Below are positions 28,496 to 42,393 of a stretch of 64,000 bases of DNA, in pieces. A model generated the notes under the pieces. The model was not told the origin of the DNA, ran no database searches, and was given only the letters and a program-made list of their open reading frames with translations. Every line of letters begins with the position of its first letter. Positions within the stretch are counted from its first letter, which is position 1. The stretch is from Octopus vulgaris (lineage: Eukaryota). Both the position numbers and the translations under genes were made by a program. The stretch is taken from assembly GCA_951406725.2 (NCBI GenBank), contig OX597817.1, forward strand, positions 13,826,001 to 13,890,000. The letters are read 5' to 3'.

Positions 28496-28830
28496 TACGA
28501 CGGGCTTCTTTCAGTTTCCTTCTACCAAATCCACTCACAAGGCTTTGGTCGGCCCGAGGCTATATAGTAGAAGACACTTTGCCCAAGATGCCACGCAGTG
28601 GGACTGAACCCGGAACCATGCGGTTCGTAAGCAAGCTACTTACCACACAGCCACTCCTACGCTGGCCAAAATGCTTAATGGTATTTCGTCCATCTCTACG
28701 TTCTGAGTTCAAGTTCCGCCGAGATCGACTTTGCGTTTCACCCTTTCGACGTCGATAAAATAAATAGCAGTTGAGTCCTGGGGTCAATATGATCAACTTA
28801 ACACCTCCCACGAACTTGCTGGCTTTGAAA
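28016..28830 (+). mobile_element. Nested Nin/Deu-type SINEs (further interrupted by a CORE SINE)
   Basis: AGAATCGTTAGCA at 28029-28041 and again at 28210-28222 after a SINE tail; host copy resumes at 28660. Confidence 0.8.
28226..28659 (-). mobile_element. Full-length CORE-type tRNA-derived SINE (possibly octopus OR2-like)
   Basis: Head taggagtggctgtgtggtaag..gggttcagtcccactgcgtggcatcttgggcaaagtgtc (CORE-like), internal (TA)/(TG) microsatellite, (AGTAAAAG)n tail. Confidence 0.9.
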
Positions 28831-28841
28831 CCAAGTTGTTA

Positions 28842-29036
28842 TTTCTTCTTCTTCTTCTTCTTCTTCTTCTTCTTCTTCTTCTTCTTCTTCTTCTTCTTCT
28901 TCTTCTTCTTCTTCTTCTTCTTCCACTTCTTCTTCTTCTTCCACTTCTTCTTCTTCTTCTTCTTCTTCTTCACCTTCTTCTTCTTCTTCTTCTTCTTCTT
29001 CCACTTTCTTCTTCTTCTTCTTCTTCTTCTTCTTCC

Positions 29037-29067
<31 letters not shown>

Positions 29068-29248
29068 CTTCTTCTTCTTCTTCTTCTTCTTCTTCTTCTT
29101 CTTCTTCCATCTTCTTCTTCTTCTTCTTCTTCTTCTTCTTCTTCTTCTTCTTCTTCTTTTCTTCTTCTTCTTCTTCTTCTTCTTCTTCTTCACCTTCTTC
29201 TTCTTCACCTTCTTCTTCTTCTTCTTCTTACCTTCTTCTTCTTCTTCC

Positions 29249-29279
<31 letters not shown>

Positions 29280-29281
29280 CC

Positions 29282-29312
<31 letters not shown>

Positions 29313-29337
29313 CTTCTTCTTCTTCTTCATCTTCTTC
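28842..29337. repeat. (CTT)n microsatellite, about 500 bp
   Basis: Seen directly. Confidence 0.98.
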
Positions 29338-30559
29338 CTGCTGCTACGCTCGTCTTCTGTTTAACTCCAAATACAATCTCTGATCATGTTTACAACAAGT
29401 CAGTATTTACAGAAGACTTTATTAATTGTTTCTTCACAAAACGATCTTCGTTTTAAACTCACACTCTACTAGAATTGATCTTTTATCGTAACATCTTAAT
29501 AGGATTACTTAAATCAAGCTTAGTTTTACTCGCTGCTCGCTGTATCTTGTTTCCTTTCTTACCTTTTTCCTTCTTGTCTCTCTTAATGCATTTTATTTAA
29601 ACATTGGTAAATAACGGGTTCGTGGCACGGAGGCCAGAGTTGGTAAGAAGCCCACACAATTCCGTTTCGGGCATTTTTTTTTTGTCAACAAAAAGGGCTT
29701 AAAACAATAACACAAACAAAACTAAACAAAACAGTGGTAAGGAAAAGAGAGAGAGAGGGGGAGAGAGAGAGAGAGAGAGAGCAAAAGAAAAAAGTAAAAG
29801 CTGTTGTGAATCAGTGTTGGCGTTGTTGTGTTATTGGTGTTGGTGGTGGGGATCATACACCGAACCACCGTCACCGGCGGCTGGAAGCGATTGCTTGTTT
29901 AGATAGAAGGGCTTTTGCAATTGTATTCTGTCGGTGAGATCTAACGGCGACTGACGTGTGTTCAATGGGGTTGTCAACATTCTGTCATCTCACTTGCAGC
30001 AGCAGCATTGGAGAAGGAGATGGGGAAAGGCGAAGAAAGAGAGATGGAGACGTTGTAATACGGAAGTGGGGAGTAAGAGGAGAAAGAAAATGGCTGAGGT
30101 TACGCACAGTAGCTGAAACAACAAAAACTACAATAGAAAAACAAGTTTTATAAGACATTCTGGAATAAACAAAATTAAATAAAGAAATAAACTAATAAAC
30201 ATAAAATTTTCTTGAAATCTACCTTCATTTTTGAAGCATTTTGTTCACCGTTTGTCCAAATTGTTGCTGCTGTCGTTGGCCTTGTTGTTGTTCACTAGCC
30301 GCCGCCTTTCGGCAGACGACAGCCAGCTACCGCCATTGCCGATGACTTTTCCGTCTAACTAGCATGTATACATCGTTGGTGGGAAAATGACTTTGTTTTT
30401 GTTAAGACTCGTGTCGGTGTTCATGTCACCTTAAGCTAATTTCGGAGTTACGAACGGTCACCGAAACACAAGAAGATAGATGGATAAATGATATTTGACA
30501 TGAGAGAGGTAGATTGACATACAGCTAAATTAGATATGCAGGAAAATAGACAGAGGGAC

Positions 30560-31070
<511 letters not shown>

Positions 31071-31650
31071 AACAGAGATTTGACAGAGGAAGGAATTTCG
31101 AGAAGAAATACAAAGAAAGACAAGAGAGAGATTGAAAGATACAGACAGGGAAAAAGATTGCGCTACGTGAATAAGATTGGAAACGGACCGGGAGAGGAAA
31201 AAAAGACAGTAGTAGTCTGTGCATGAGAGAGAGGGGGGATAGCGAGAGAGGGAGAGAAAGCGAGAGAGAGAGAGAAAGAGAGAAAAGATAGAATAGATAG
31301 ATAGTGAGAAAGAGAAAGAGAGAGTGAAAGAGAGACAGTAAAAAGCGAGAAAGAAACAAGGTGAGAATACATTAGGTGAACAGTCGAAATCAAAACTATA
31401 TTTTTCTAAAATCTAGCCTAAAATCTAACAGAAAGTATTCCTTGAAATTAGTATTTCATTTATTATTATTTTTTTTCTTTGCTGTGAGTGAAATGATTTT
31501 AGCACAAAAATGGAATTATTGAACCAAGTAGAACACATTTGGTCCATATATATTTGTGCTAGTGAGTGTATGTGTGTGTGTGTGGATATATGTATGTGTG
31601 TGTGTGATATGCATTATTTATACATGAATATTTATATACGTATGTGTGTA

Positions 31651-31724
<74 letters not shown>

Positions 31725-31828
31725 AGATAGATAGATAGATAGATAGATAGATATATTACTTGTTTGAATCATTCAATTACATGGTTCCACGTTCATTCCC
31801 GGAACCATATATATATATAAAATGTATG

Positions 31829-31887
<59 letters not shown>

Positions 31888-32262
31888 AATCGTAAGGTAT
31901 ACACCTGGTAGATCACTGGTAAAACATGTTCACTTTCACAGTGTTCGTTGGGCATTTGTTTAACGAGAGAGACGGAAGATGGAAAATATGACAATGTTTA
32001 TTGATCCCAACAATTGTTTCGACCTATCTAGCATCGATCCCTCATGGGTGGGATACTGAGCAACTGGTTTAGGAGTATCCGTCGGTGTAGATGTGTCTCT
32101 TTAGGTGATTACAAGATGTATCTCGATAAAATAACGCCTGTTCCGAAAGATCTCTTCTTGGTATGTGTATATAAGACCAGCAAATTAAGGAAACGGCTTC
32201 ATTCTTATAGAATATCAATAATAAATATCAGATGCAAAAAGAAACAAAATACACAATACAAC

Positions 32263-32433
32263 AAAATCTTTTCTCCGGTTGATGTTGGCTGGTCGAAGAA
32301 GTGGTTTCTTTCTTGCTGCTCTGCCATAATAACCAATTTTATGGAAATACCTGACAGCTGTCCTGAGACTGACACCAGCTTGTTCTGCTATATCAGAGGT
32401 CTTGCAACGAGGATTATCCTCCACATTTCTCTT
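32263..32433 (-). pseudogene. Tc1-like transposase fragment (second HTH and linker)
   Basis: KRNVEDNPRCKTSDIAEQAGVSLRTAVRYFHKIGYYGRAARKKPLL..RRKDF fits the Tc1 'P..T...I......VS..TV.R.L...G..GR.ARKKPLL' signature. Confidence 0.9.
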
Positions 32434-35232
32434 ATGTAGTTCAAATTTACAGAAAACAAAAGACGAAGACAGGTGTAGCAACAACAATCAAGGGTATTAA
32501 TTTTAACACGTTTTGAATATAGAATATGGGAACATGTGCACACCAAGTTCACCTCTAGAAAAATGGTTTCGAGTTCGGTTCCATAACGCCGTCCTTAAGT
32601 AAGTATTTTCTACAACAGCTTAAGGTCATCAAAAGCCTGTTGAGTTAAGTTGATTGGCAGAAACTGTACAAGTTCGTGGGAGGGTGTGTGTCCATGTTCT
32701 TGAATGGTAGGCTTAACCTGTCGGGTGTATTAATATCATTATCTCCACCCTTTAGCAGAGTCTGCTCTGCTGTAAGTATTTGAGCTAGGTCCCTGATCCG
32801 AGGATAATTTCCACATTAACACCCCTTAACCCCCACCACAACCACCACCACAAACAACAACAGCTACGGAGGTCTTAAAAGAACCATTGTCGGCCGCTGT
32901 CCTTTCTACTCTGGGTATGTCTTAAGATGATTCCCTTAATTTTTCCGTTACAAACTCCCCTTATGATCCATGTGCTGGAATATTTCTCAACAGAATTCAT
33001 TCGAATTTTATGTCTGAGCAAATAGAATTCAGTACTTTAATGAAAGAACTCAATACGGCAACGAGAAATATCTATACTGTCGTTCGACTAGTATGAAATA
33101 ACAATCAAATGTCCTGAAATTGTACACTGCTGTTTTAAAATTGGAGAAGTAAGCTAAGTAATGTAGTCTGGGTAGCGCTACAAAAAAGACAAGATGGCGA
33201 CAGACAGAACTACTATCATCATACGTGTGTTCGATCTGGATTGATAAGAGACTACACAAAAGCAACACACCACATAACTGCTGGAAAAATAATGAATGCC
33301 ATGCGTACACACATGCGCACACACGCACACACACACGCACAAACACAAACGAACATTCTATATTGACCAATAAAGCACAATGGCATTACTGTTTAGATTA
33401 GTTTATGTCGGATAACGAGGCAATTGTAATACACGTGAGCTTCTTATTTAATCTGTCTAAATCCCTAATTTATCAGTAGAATGATTAAACATATAGGTTC
33501 AGTTTGTTGATTTTCTTTAATAACCCTTTAATTTAGATTCTTTCTCTCTCTATTTCCCTAAAATAACTGAATAAAACGGTATACTCTGATGAGGATGAAC
33601 CTTACAGTTCTTCACCGCCACAGTAAATCTTTTGTTCCATTAAATGTGCGATATATGAAAGTACATTATTGTGGAAGGTGAATAACGCCTCCCTCTTTGA
33701 GCAGTCGCGAACACTTCTGATTAAATATTTTATTGAAGTAGTCTAAATGTTGATTTTACACACCCACTTAGCTATTGTTTTCTTTGATGTTTTTTTGTTC
33801 AGAAAAAACAGATGGTAAATATACAATATTTTATGGATTATTCCCAAGAGCAAAGGCTGAATCCATATCATGTAAAATTGTTAGTGGAGCGGAATGGTGG
33901 ACAGTTGTTTTGGTTATTTTTTTATTATTATTTTTTTTTTTGCGGAAGAGTTAAGATAATCTGATGAAGTTAATACTTGTTCTAAATGCTGGCAAGGGGA
34001 ATTCGCTTAGGCAGATATTCACTATGTAGTGGTATTATCGGAGAAAGGTTGAGAACATGTACTCTCATACTGTGTAGAACTGGACATTTGGGTCGTTGAA
34101 AGAACATCCGATAATCAACCTTATGGCCAAACTTAATAATGTGTCGGTGCTTCAGGCAGATATCATATGTTCGGTCTCCTAATTGTATTTTGCCTCGATG
34201 AATTCCTTTCATGATAATACTGGCTGAACGTTATTGCAAGATCTCCTGCAAAGATACCAAACAATGTTGCTAGTTCATACGGATTGTTGTTTCAAAGCAA
34301 TTTATCTTTAATCATCTGAGCGAGGAGAAAAATGTCAGTGAAATTAAATTTCAACTGTACATTAACATCAAATTAGGAATATTTTTTTTCGTTTGCACGT
34401 AGACATGATGTTACCTTCACTAGTGAGAACTAATGTAATAAACAGTCACAGAATGCATAGAATGGATATTGAGTTGTATGAGCATGAACAGTACATCTGG
34501 TTAGAGTTTTGTCTTTTATCCATAATCACAGCCCGGAAGCAATTTTAACAGCTACGTAATTGTAACAGGAAAATATACAATGAGAGATAGCGGCTAGTGA
34601 AACCACAGCAGAAGAACGTGACTATTAAAATCCCTGGCAAGAACTCCACCTATTGGAACCACAGGAAAATATATTATGTAACCACAAGAGAACAACACCG
34701 ACATACACATACGCACATACATAAAGGCACACATACATACATACATACATACATACATACATACATACATACACACATAAAGAAATACATACATGCTTAC
34801 ACACACAGACACTCTAACAAACAGCAGAAACATATACATACATGCATGTGTGTGCATACGTACACACATACACACACATGCACACATATATGTATATATA
34901 TGTATACTATATATATTACACAAATGCACACTTATATATATACACATATACATATACATAAATACATGTGTGTGTGTTTGCGTCTGTGTGTGTATTTATG
35001 TGTGTGTGTGTGTGCGTGCGTTCGTGGAGAGATAGAAGAGAGAATAATGAATGCAACAAAGAAAGAAAGAATAAAAGAATAAAAGAATAAAAGAATGGCA
35101 TAAATAAATAAATAAATAAATAAAGAAAGGAAGGAAGAAAGAAAAGAAAGAAACTATATTTTGGTATTTCTGATTTGTAACACTGGTTTCCTAAGATCTA
35201 AACAGAAGCTTGGAAATAGTATACTACAGTGT

Positions 35233-35391
35233 TAGGAGTGGATGTGTGGTAAGTAGCTTGCTAACCAACCACATGGTTCCGGGTTCAGTCCCACTGCGTG
35301 GCATCTTGGGCATGTGTCTTCTGCTATAGCCCCGGGCCGACCAAAGCCTTGTGAGTGGATTTGGTAGACGGAAACTGAAAGAAGCCTGTCG

Positions 35392-35442
<51 letters not shown>

Positions 35443-35645
35443 TTGTGTGTCTGTGTTTGTCCCCCACCAACATCGCTTGACAACCGATGCTGGTCCCCTT
35501 CACTTAGCGGTTCGGCAAAAGAGACCGATAGAATAAGTACTGGGCTTACAAAGAATAAGTCCCGGGGTCGATTTGCTCGACTAAAAGGCGGTGCTCCAGC
35601 ATGGCCGCAGTCAAATGACTGAAACAAGTAAAAGAGTAAAAGAGT
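35233..35645 (+). mobile_element. Full-length CORE-type tRNA-derived SINE
   Basis: Same structure as 28226-28659 in + orientation. Confidence 0.92.
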
Positions 35646-36654
35646 AATTCATTTGCTTTAGCCGTCAAGTAACAACAAAATAGAGGGCCATCGTGTTGCA
35701 CCGTCTGAAGCCACCTTTCTGGCAGTTCTTTGATTCCACGCTGATACCAGTTCTTGTCCTTCGAGGTGAAGAACCCGTTTGCCAGAAGATTCCACCTCTT
35801 CTTGGCTGATGAAGTATCGTGAGCGCAGGAAGTGAAACATGGGTTCCGAACAAACAATAATCCGAGGGATTATTACTTGAGATTTTCCCGTAATCTCAAC
35901 GTACATAAGCGGCGGTTTAGCAAGGGACAGCTTCCAGAACCTATCTCCAAACATAGACGTTTCGAACACAAGGTGATGCTCTGTCTTTGGTTGGAATACG
36001 AGGGGATGATTCACTATGAGTTCGTTACGGACAGTCGAACCATTGGTGCCACCTTATACTCCGAACAGCTGGAACGGATGTATGTTATTGTGCGGCAAAA
36101 ATACTCGGCATTGTTTAACAGAAAGCGAGCTTCTGCAACAAGGCAATGCAAAACGCTTATCGCTCATACTCCAGAAAGTTGAGTGAGACGAACAGATGCT
36201 ACACCAACATAACTCCCTCGGATTATTACTTGTTCTAATCTATTTCTTTATTACCCACAAGGGGCTAAACACAGTGGGGACAAACAAGGACAGACATAGG
36301 TATTAAGTCGATCACATCGACCCCAGTGCGTAACTGGTACTTAATTTACCGACCCCGAAAGGATGAAAGGCAAAGTCGACCTCGGCGGAATTTGAACTCA
36401 CAACGTAACGGCGTGAGTTCATGGCTCAATACTTGTGCTCGCAACGCTTTAAGACTCAAGAAGAAAGGGAAGCTTCAGTGAAAGAGTTCTTCGCCTCGAA
36501 GAACAAGGTATCAGTGTGAGGTCAAAGAACTGGCAGAAAGGTGGTTTTATATTGTGCAGCTCGACGGCTTCTACTTTGAATGCTCGGTTGCTTTTATTGT
36601 AATTGACAAATAAAGCAAAAGGTTACAAAAATATTGCACGACTTTTGACTCAAC
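35645..36654 (+). mobile_element. Decayed mariner derivative with inverted duplicated 3' ends
   Basis: + strand catalytic-domain remnant (HKVMLCLW..EGMIHYEFV..TI..LYSEQLERM, SDYYLF) and 3' end at 36420-36654; inverted 3' end at 35645-35830 (NWYQRGIKELPERWLQTVQHDG). Confidence 0.85.
36241..36412 (-). mobile_element. Nin/Deu-type SINE, 5'-truncated, inserted in mariner remnant
   Basis: Near-consensus body and AAAGAAATA tail. Confidence 0.92.
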
Positions 36655-37669
36655 AGGCTTCGTGTTTTTTGTATCGTCCATTTGAATGTTTTGCGTTCTT
36701 GTCCCATTTTGTATTTATATAATATATATATTTATATAATAATATATATATATATACATAATACACATATACATACATACACACACATACATATACATAC
36801 CACAATGCTGCGAATATGATTTTACAAATTTAATTGAAAAAAAGAATATATATTCTCCTCAGTAAATTGATTTAGCAAGATTTTAACAGAAACGAAATTC
36901 CATGGAATAGGTAAATAAATATCTCAAATTCATGACACTTTTGAAATAACACCTCGTCTTGAAGTAACACATCGCTTTGTCGAGCAGTAACTGGTGGGTG
37001 GCGAAACTGAAAGACGCATGCAAGTGTGTGTGCGTGTGCTTTTATGCAAAATAATATAGAAGAAATCTGCTGACAGCAAATAATCCGTCATTGTTCGAAA
37101 TATAATTTTTGCTTGATGTTGTCATTCGTTTAAAAGTTAAAACTTTATCTCCGCGTCAGAACCGACTGTATGATGAAAGGCATTCCATGCCATGTTTAAC
37201 CTGCATTTTTATAGGCATCTTTTTTCCCTTTTCAAGACAGTACGGTGTAATTTGAAGGAAATTTGCTTGCGATTTCGAGGAATCATGCATCTCCCTCATT
37301 TGCTTGAATTTTGCTGTTGTTTGCGGATTAAATGAGCAGTGAATTATTGTCAGGATTAGTGGATTATTTGGAATGTTCGAGAGGGTCTTTAGCACACTTA
37401 CACCAGGCAAAACTCGAGAAATTTGCAACTCTTCATCTGAAGGTGTGTTCTATTGAGAATATTACAAAACAATAATTGAAAAGTTTAAGTCAAATGTGCT
37501 GCAATTGCCCTTCATCAGAAAATGACGGGCACTGATAAAAGATTTCTTTTATTTATTGATCTATTTATATATACATATATTTTTACTGTCGCCAAGCAGA
37601 TTAGCATGTCGTCATCATAATCATCATCATCATCATCATCATTAACATCATCAACCCTTCGATATTTCT

Positions 37670-37908
37670 GTGTCGAGTCCGAGGACTCATAGGCCCGGTT
37701 ACTCGATTTTAACGGTGAATATAAGCGTCCGAGATAACAGCATTACCCATCGCAGAATTACTTGTTTACAGCAGAGCAGACTGGAACAACGTGAGACGAA
37801 ATGTTTTGCTCAAGAACACAACGCATCACCCTGACGGAGAATCGAAACTACGATCTTACAATCGCGCGTGCAACGTCCTAACCACTAGACCAGATAACAC
37901 GCCTTCAC
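37670..37908 (-). mobile_element. Third tRNA-derived SINE family (degenerate)
   Basis: Head gtgaaggcg..tctagtggttagg..gtttcgattc..gttgtgttcttgagcaaaaca; related copies at 47775 and 62975-63225. Confidence 0.75.
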
Positions 37909-38128
37909 CAGCATAGCTTGATTTTGATTTATTTTCGTACATCAGTGTTGTCAAAGCCGACCACATTTAATATCTTCCACTCAAGAAGTAGTGTATTCTT
38001 ATTCAAATTACGCCGGGATCGAATTTACTTTTCATGGCGGAGATCGATAAAATAAAGTACTTTTGTACGACTATGGACTGGACGAATTATTAATGTCAGA
38101 CAAGATGCCTCGCGGTATTTGTTCCTGC

Positions 38129-38356
38129 GGCGAGCTGGCAGAAACGTTAGCACGCCGGGCGAAATGCGTAGCCGTATTTCGTCTGCCATTACGTTCTGAG
38201 TTCAAATTCCACCGAGGTCGACTTTGCCTTTCATCCTTTCGGGGTCGATAAATTAAGTACCAATTACGCACTGGGGTCCATATAATCGACTTAATCCGTT
38301 TGTCTGTCCTTGTTTGTCTCCTCTGTGTTTAGCCCCTTGTGGGTAGTAAAGAAATA
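38129..38356 (+). mobile_element. Young full-length Nin/Deu-type SINE inside an older copy
   Basis: TSD GGTATTTGTTCCTGC at 38114-38128 and 38357-38371; flanks join into a diverged SINE head. Confidence 0.93.
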
Positions 38357-39114
38357 GGTATTTGTTCCTGCTCTTTATGTTCTGAGTTTGTTCAAAACCC
38401 CTCATGGCCTGCTTGGATGTCAGACTTAACCCTTCACTCAGTTTAACACCCAATGGCTAGCACCTTGGATGATTTTAGGGTGCCCAATATGATGCAATTA
38501 CTTAGAACAAACCCCCGAGATTGAAGAAATCTTCCCACACTTTTTGAAGGCCATAAAAGGGATCGTTGGCACTCCCCTCCACGCTAAATAACCGATTAAT
38601 AAAAGCAGCCCGCAGTTTCTTTTCTGGTCTTCAGAAAAAAATAACACTGCGAGAATAGCACTATGTTCATAACCATATTCTCCGAACGCTACTTTTGGGC
38701 CTCAGAATTTGTAGAATTCTTAAATTAAAGAGTATCAACAGTATCAACCTCAACCGGGCTACGTCGTTATTTTTTTTTTTAGAGCCCTAAGGTCTAAGGG
38801 TGTTACTGTGTCGAAACTGGGTGGAGGTGAAGGAGTGTGTCAAGTTTTCTTTACGCAAGAACCAGCAGATTGTGATTATGTACAGTGAATTCGGCTTGTA
38901 AAGAACGTAAGCCTACCATATTCTCCAAGATACACTGCGCAAATTATGTCACGTGACAGAACAGTCTACCTTCTCTTCCTCCAACAAATACAGTCTGTGC
39001 TGGTACGAATTACGCCACGTGACTGGCGTATATATACGATGCATGTATGTAGTTAAAGCAGGGATGCAACGAACTGCAGTAGATTTAGGGAGCCTGCTGT
39101 TTTTCTTTATTTTA

Positions 39115-39163
<49 letters not shown>

Positions 39164-39565
39164 GCTATTACTAGCCTTAGGTTAGGAGAGAAGGGAGAAG
39201 TATTACAGGAGGGAAGGTGGTGATTTACTTCCCCACAATTTGCAGTCACCACTATCAAAGGGATGAAAATGAAAGGAGTAAAAGAAGGGAGAGAGAGAGA
39301 GAGAGAAAGAAAGAAAGGAAGAGAGGGCAAGAGAGAGAAAGGGAGAGAGAAAGCGATGCGTATACATGAAAATATATTTAAATGTGAGTGCATTTGCGCA
39401 TTTAAATCTATGCGTGTCTATAAATATATTTATATGTATGTGTGCATATATATATGTATGTATGTAGTTTATATATACAATATGTGTGTGTGTGCTTGTG
39501 TGTGTGTACATACGCATACTTGCAATATATTCACAAATATGTGAGTGTGTATGTATGTATGTATG

Positions 39566-39622
<57 letters not shown>

Positions 39623-40489
39623 ATAGATACATGAATTCATGCACACACACATGCACACAACCACACACATACAACACACACAACACACACATACACAAAA
39701 CATTATGTCTGCAATCGTGCTGAGTATTTTTTTAATTTCCAGACACCTTAACTGCTTGACGAATGACACCTATACTAAACACACGCACACACACACACGC
39801 ACACACACACGCACACACACACACACACACACACCAAAAAGAGTATATGTGTGCGTAAATGTGTGAATGTGTGTAAGTGCGTGCGAGCGTGAGTGTGTGT
39901 GAGTGTGAGTGTGTGTGTGTGCGAATGTGGTGTGTTTGGCCGAGTGTGACATGAATAAAAACATCCTGTAACTTTTAATGAGTTTTTTGATCACACTGGA
40001 AACTTTTGGTCTTTTCATGATTCTATTAAACATGCAACTCAGCATGAAGAGCACTCTACAAATAACGTCAAGCATTTAGTCTGGCGATGTAGCGTTGCTG
40101 TTGATTTTTTCACTACCTTCAGTTCATCACATATTCATTTCTTATCACAACGTAGAAACAGAATAGCACTTGGCTAGCTACTCTCAGAACCTGAGTTCAA
40201 TTAAGCTGCAGGTATTTTTTTTTTGTTGTGGTTGTAGTTGTTCAGTTTCAAGACAAGCTTTCGTGGAACAGATCCGACACCAAAGACATTTTTGTCCAGC
40301 TTTTTCTATCTCTTAACCCCACCTCCCGTTTTTGTCTTCTGTCTCCATGGTAACACTATCCACACTGTCCATTTGTTTTATAAGACGGTTTTTGGTTTCG
40401 ATCCACCTTTTACTTCGCGGTGTTTTAAAGACCCAACAAAAGATTGGCTTCAAATTTTGGCACAAGGTCAGCATTTTCAGGGGAGGTGG

Positions 40490-40880
40490 TGAGTCGATTA
40501 CATCGATCCCAATACTCAACTGGTACTTATTTTATCGACCTGGAAAGGAAGAAAAGCAAAGTCAACCTCGACGGTATTTGAACTCGGAACTTGAAGACGG
40601 ACGAAATGCCTCTAAGCCTTTTATCCGGCACGGTAACGATTCTTATTTCTTTATTTCCCACAAGGGGCTAAACATAGAGGGGACAAACAAGGCCAGATAA
40701 ATGTATTAAGTCGATTACATCGACCCCAGTGCGTAACTGGTACTTAATTTATCGACCCCCGAAAGGATAAAAGGCAAAGTCGATCTCGGCAGAATTTGAA
40801 CTCAGAAATACCGCTAAACATGGGCGAAATACCGCTAAACATGTCGTCCAGCGCGCCAACGATTCTGCCATCTCGCCGCC
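40490..40880 (-). mobile_element. Nested or tandem Nin/Deu-type SINEs
   Basis: Older body at 40490-40643 joined at AACGATTCT to the tail of a younger copy (40644-40880). Confidence 0.85.
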
Positions 40881-41911
40881 TTAGATCCAACAAAATATTA
40901 CTGATTCCTTTCATATAGAATGTGAAAATAATTTTTAAAAATCATTGTTTTAAAAGTTTAAAAATTTAGAAAAACTATAACGAAAACTATTGCTTGCCTT
41001 TTTATTTTAATCTTATACAGCAAAATACTGATAGGTAAAATAGCATAAACGGAACGAGGGGAAAAGAGACGGACAGTTGGACACCTTAAGAAGTTACAAA
41101 AGGTAGATAAAAATTCAAAAAATGGATAAGATGTAAGCACAAAAAAGTTAACATAAAATGTTGCTTATCATGAATAGCACGACGGAAAACGGGGTGAAAA
41201 AAAAATGAAGTAAAGTGACGTTTCGGTCGAGCCATTTATCAAAATAAAGAAAGAAAGAAGCATGAAAAAAAGAAAGAAAAGAAGCGCTACAGGTTTAAAG
41301 TACGGTTGTATTTTTCGACTAAATCTTGTAGAAAGTAGTTTTTTTGAATAAACTATTTTTCGCAATACTCAAGCATATTTGCGTATTTTCTAAACGCTTA
41401 AATTATATCTTTCAAAATCTGCGGCGTACTTAGATTCTCTCAACATTGCAACGCTTGAGCACTACTGGCATAGAGAATCATTCGATAATATTGTTGCTCC
41501 TATAGTTACCTATGTTCTGGTCATCCACCCCGATTCAGCAGGCCCATAATCTTAGTAATATACTTATTTCAATGCTATTCATTAATAGAACCGTCAGAGT
41601 ACTCAGCTGCGCAGTACGTATTAAAAAGGAAAATTCATATCCTCTTCATTTAACCTGAGAAGAACAGAGCTAGGCACCCGTTTTTAAGAGCCTTTCATAT
41701 GGATATTGTTTGCTTATGGTCACACAGTTGACCATTTGGGGTGGGGTTGAGGAGCAGCCAATATATACTATTCATTGTATAGTCGTTTGAATTCACCTCA
41801 GTATATTACTGATATTTGCCAGATAACTAAGCATATAGGCAGTCGTTTAACTTGCTAGAAATAGCAGGTAAGTTTCCTTCAAATCACACTCTATCATCTT
41901 AATAAAGAAGT

Positions 41912-42290
41912 GGAAGCACTCCGTCGGTTACGACGACGAGGGTTCCGGTTGATCCGATCAACGGAACAGCCTGCTCGTGAAATTAACGTGTAAGTGGCTG
42001 AGCACTCCACAGACACGTGTACCCTTAACGTAGTTCTCGGGGATATTCAGCGTGACACAGAGAGTGACAAGGCCGGCCCTTTGAAATACAGGTACAACAG
42101 GAAGTAAGAGTGAGAGAAAGTTGTGGTGAAAGAGTACAGCAGGGATCACCACCATCCCCTGCCGGAGCCTCGTGGAGGTTTTAGGTGTTTTCGCTCAATA
42201 AACACTCACAACGCCCGGTCTGGGAATCGAAACCGCGATCCTACGACCGCGAGTCCGCTGCCCTAACCAGTGGGCCATTGCGCCTCCACA
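41912..42290 (-). mobile_element. Young tRNA-derived SINE with 13-bp TSD
   Basis: Head tgtggaggcgcaatggcccactggttaggg..ggtttcgattccc; TSD TTAATAAAGAAGT at 41899-41911 and 42291-42303. Confidence 0.93.
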
Positions 42291-42393
42291 TTAATAAAGA
42301 AGTATACATTGAAACAATATAGTCCTTTATATGAAGAAAAGTGAGATAGTAACGATTGGAAGGCTTTTGCTTGTAGCTTAAGTCTGGATCATG

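Noticed and set aside
33586-33665. CTGATGA followed by a hairpin (hammerhead candidate)
   Set aside because: The hairpin is not followed by GAAA, and no stem I or III could be formed.
33982-34212. 76-aa non-repetitive ORF
   Set aside because: No recognisable motif; this length is expected by chance.
42210-42290. tRNA gene-like A and B boxes (also other SINE heads)
   Set aside because: They continue into SINE bodies with TSDs and lack a proper acceptor stem, so they are not tRNA genes.
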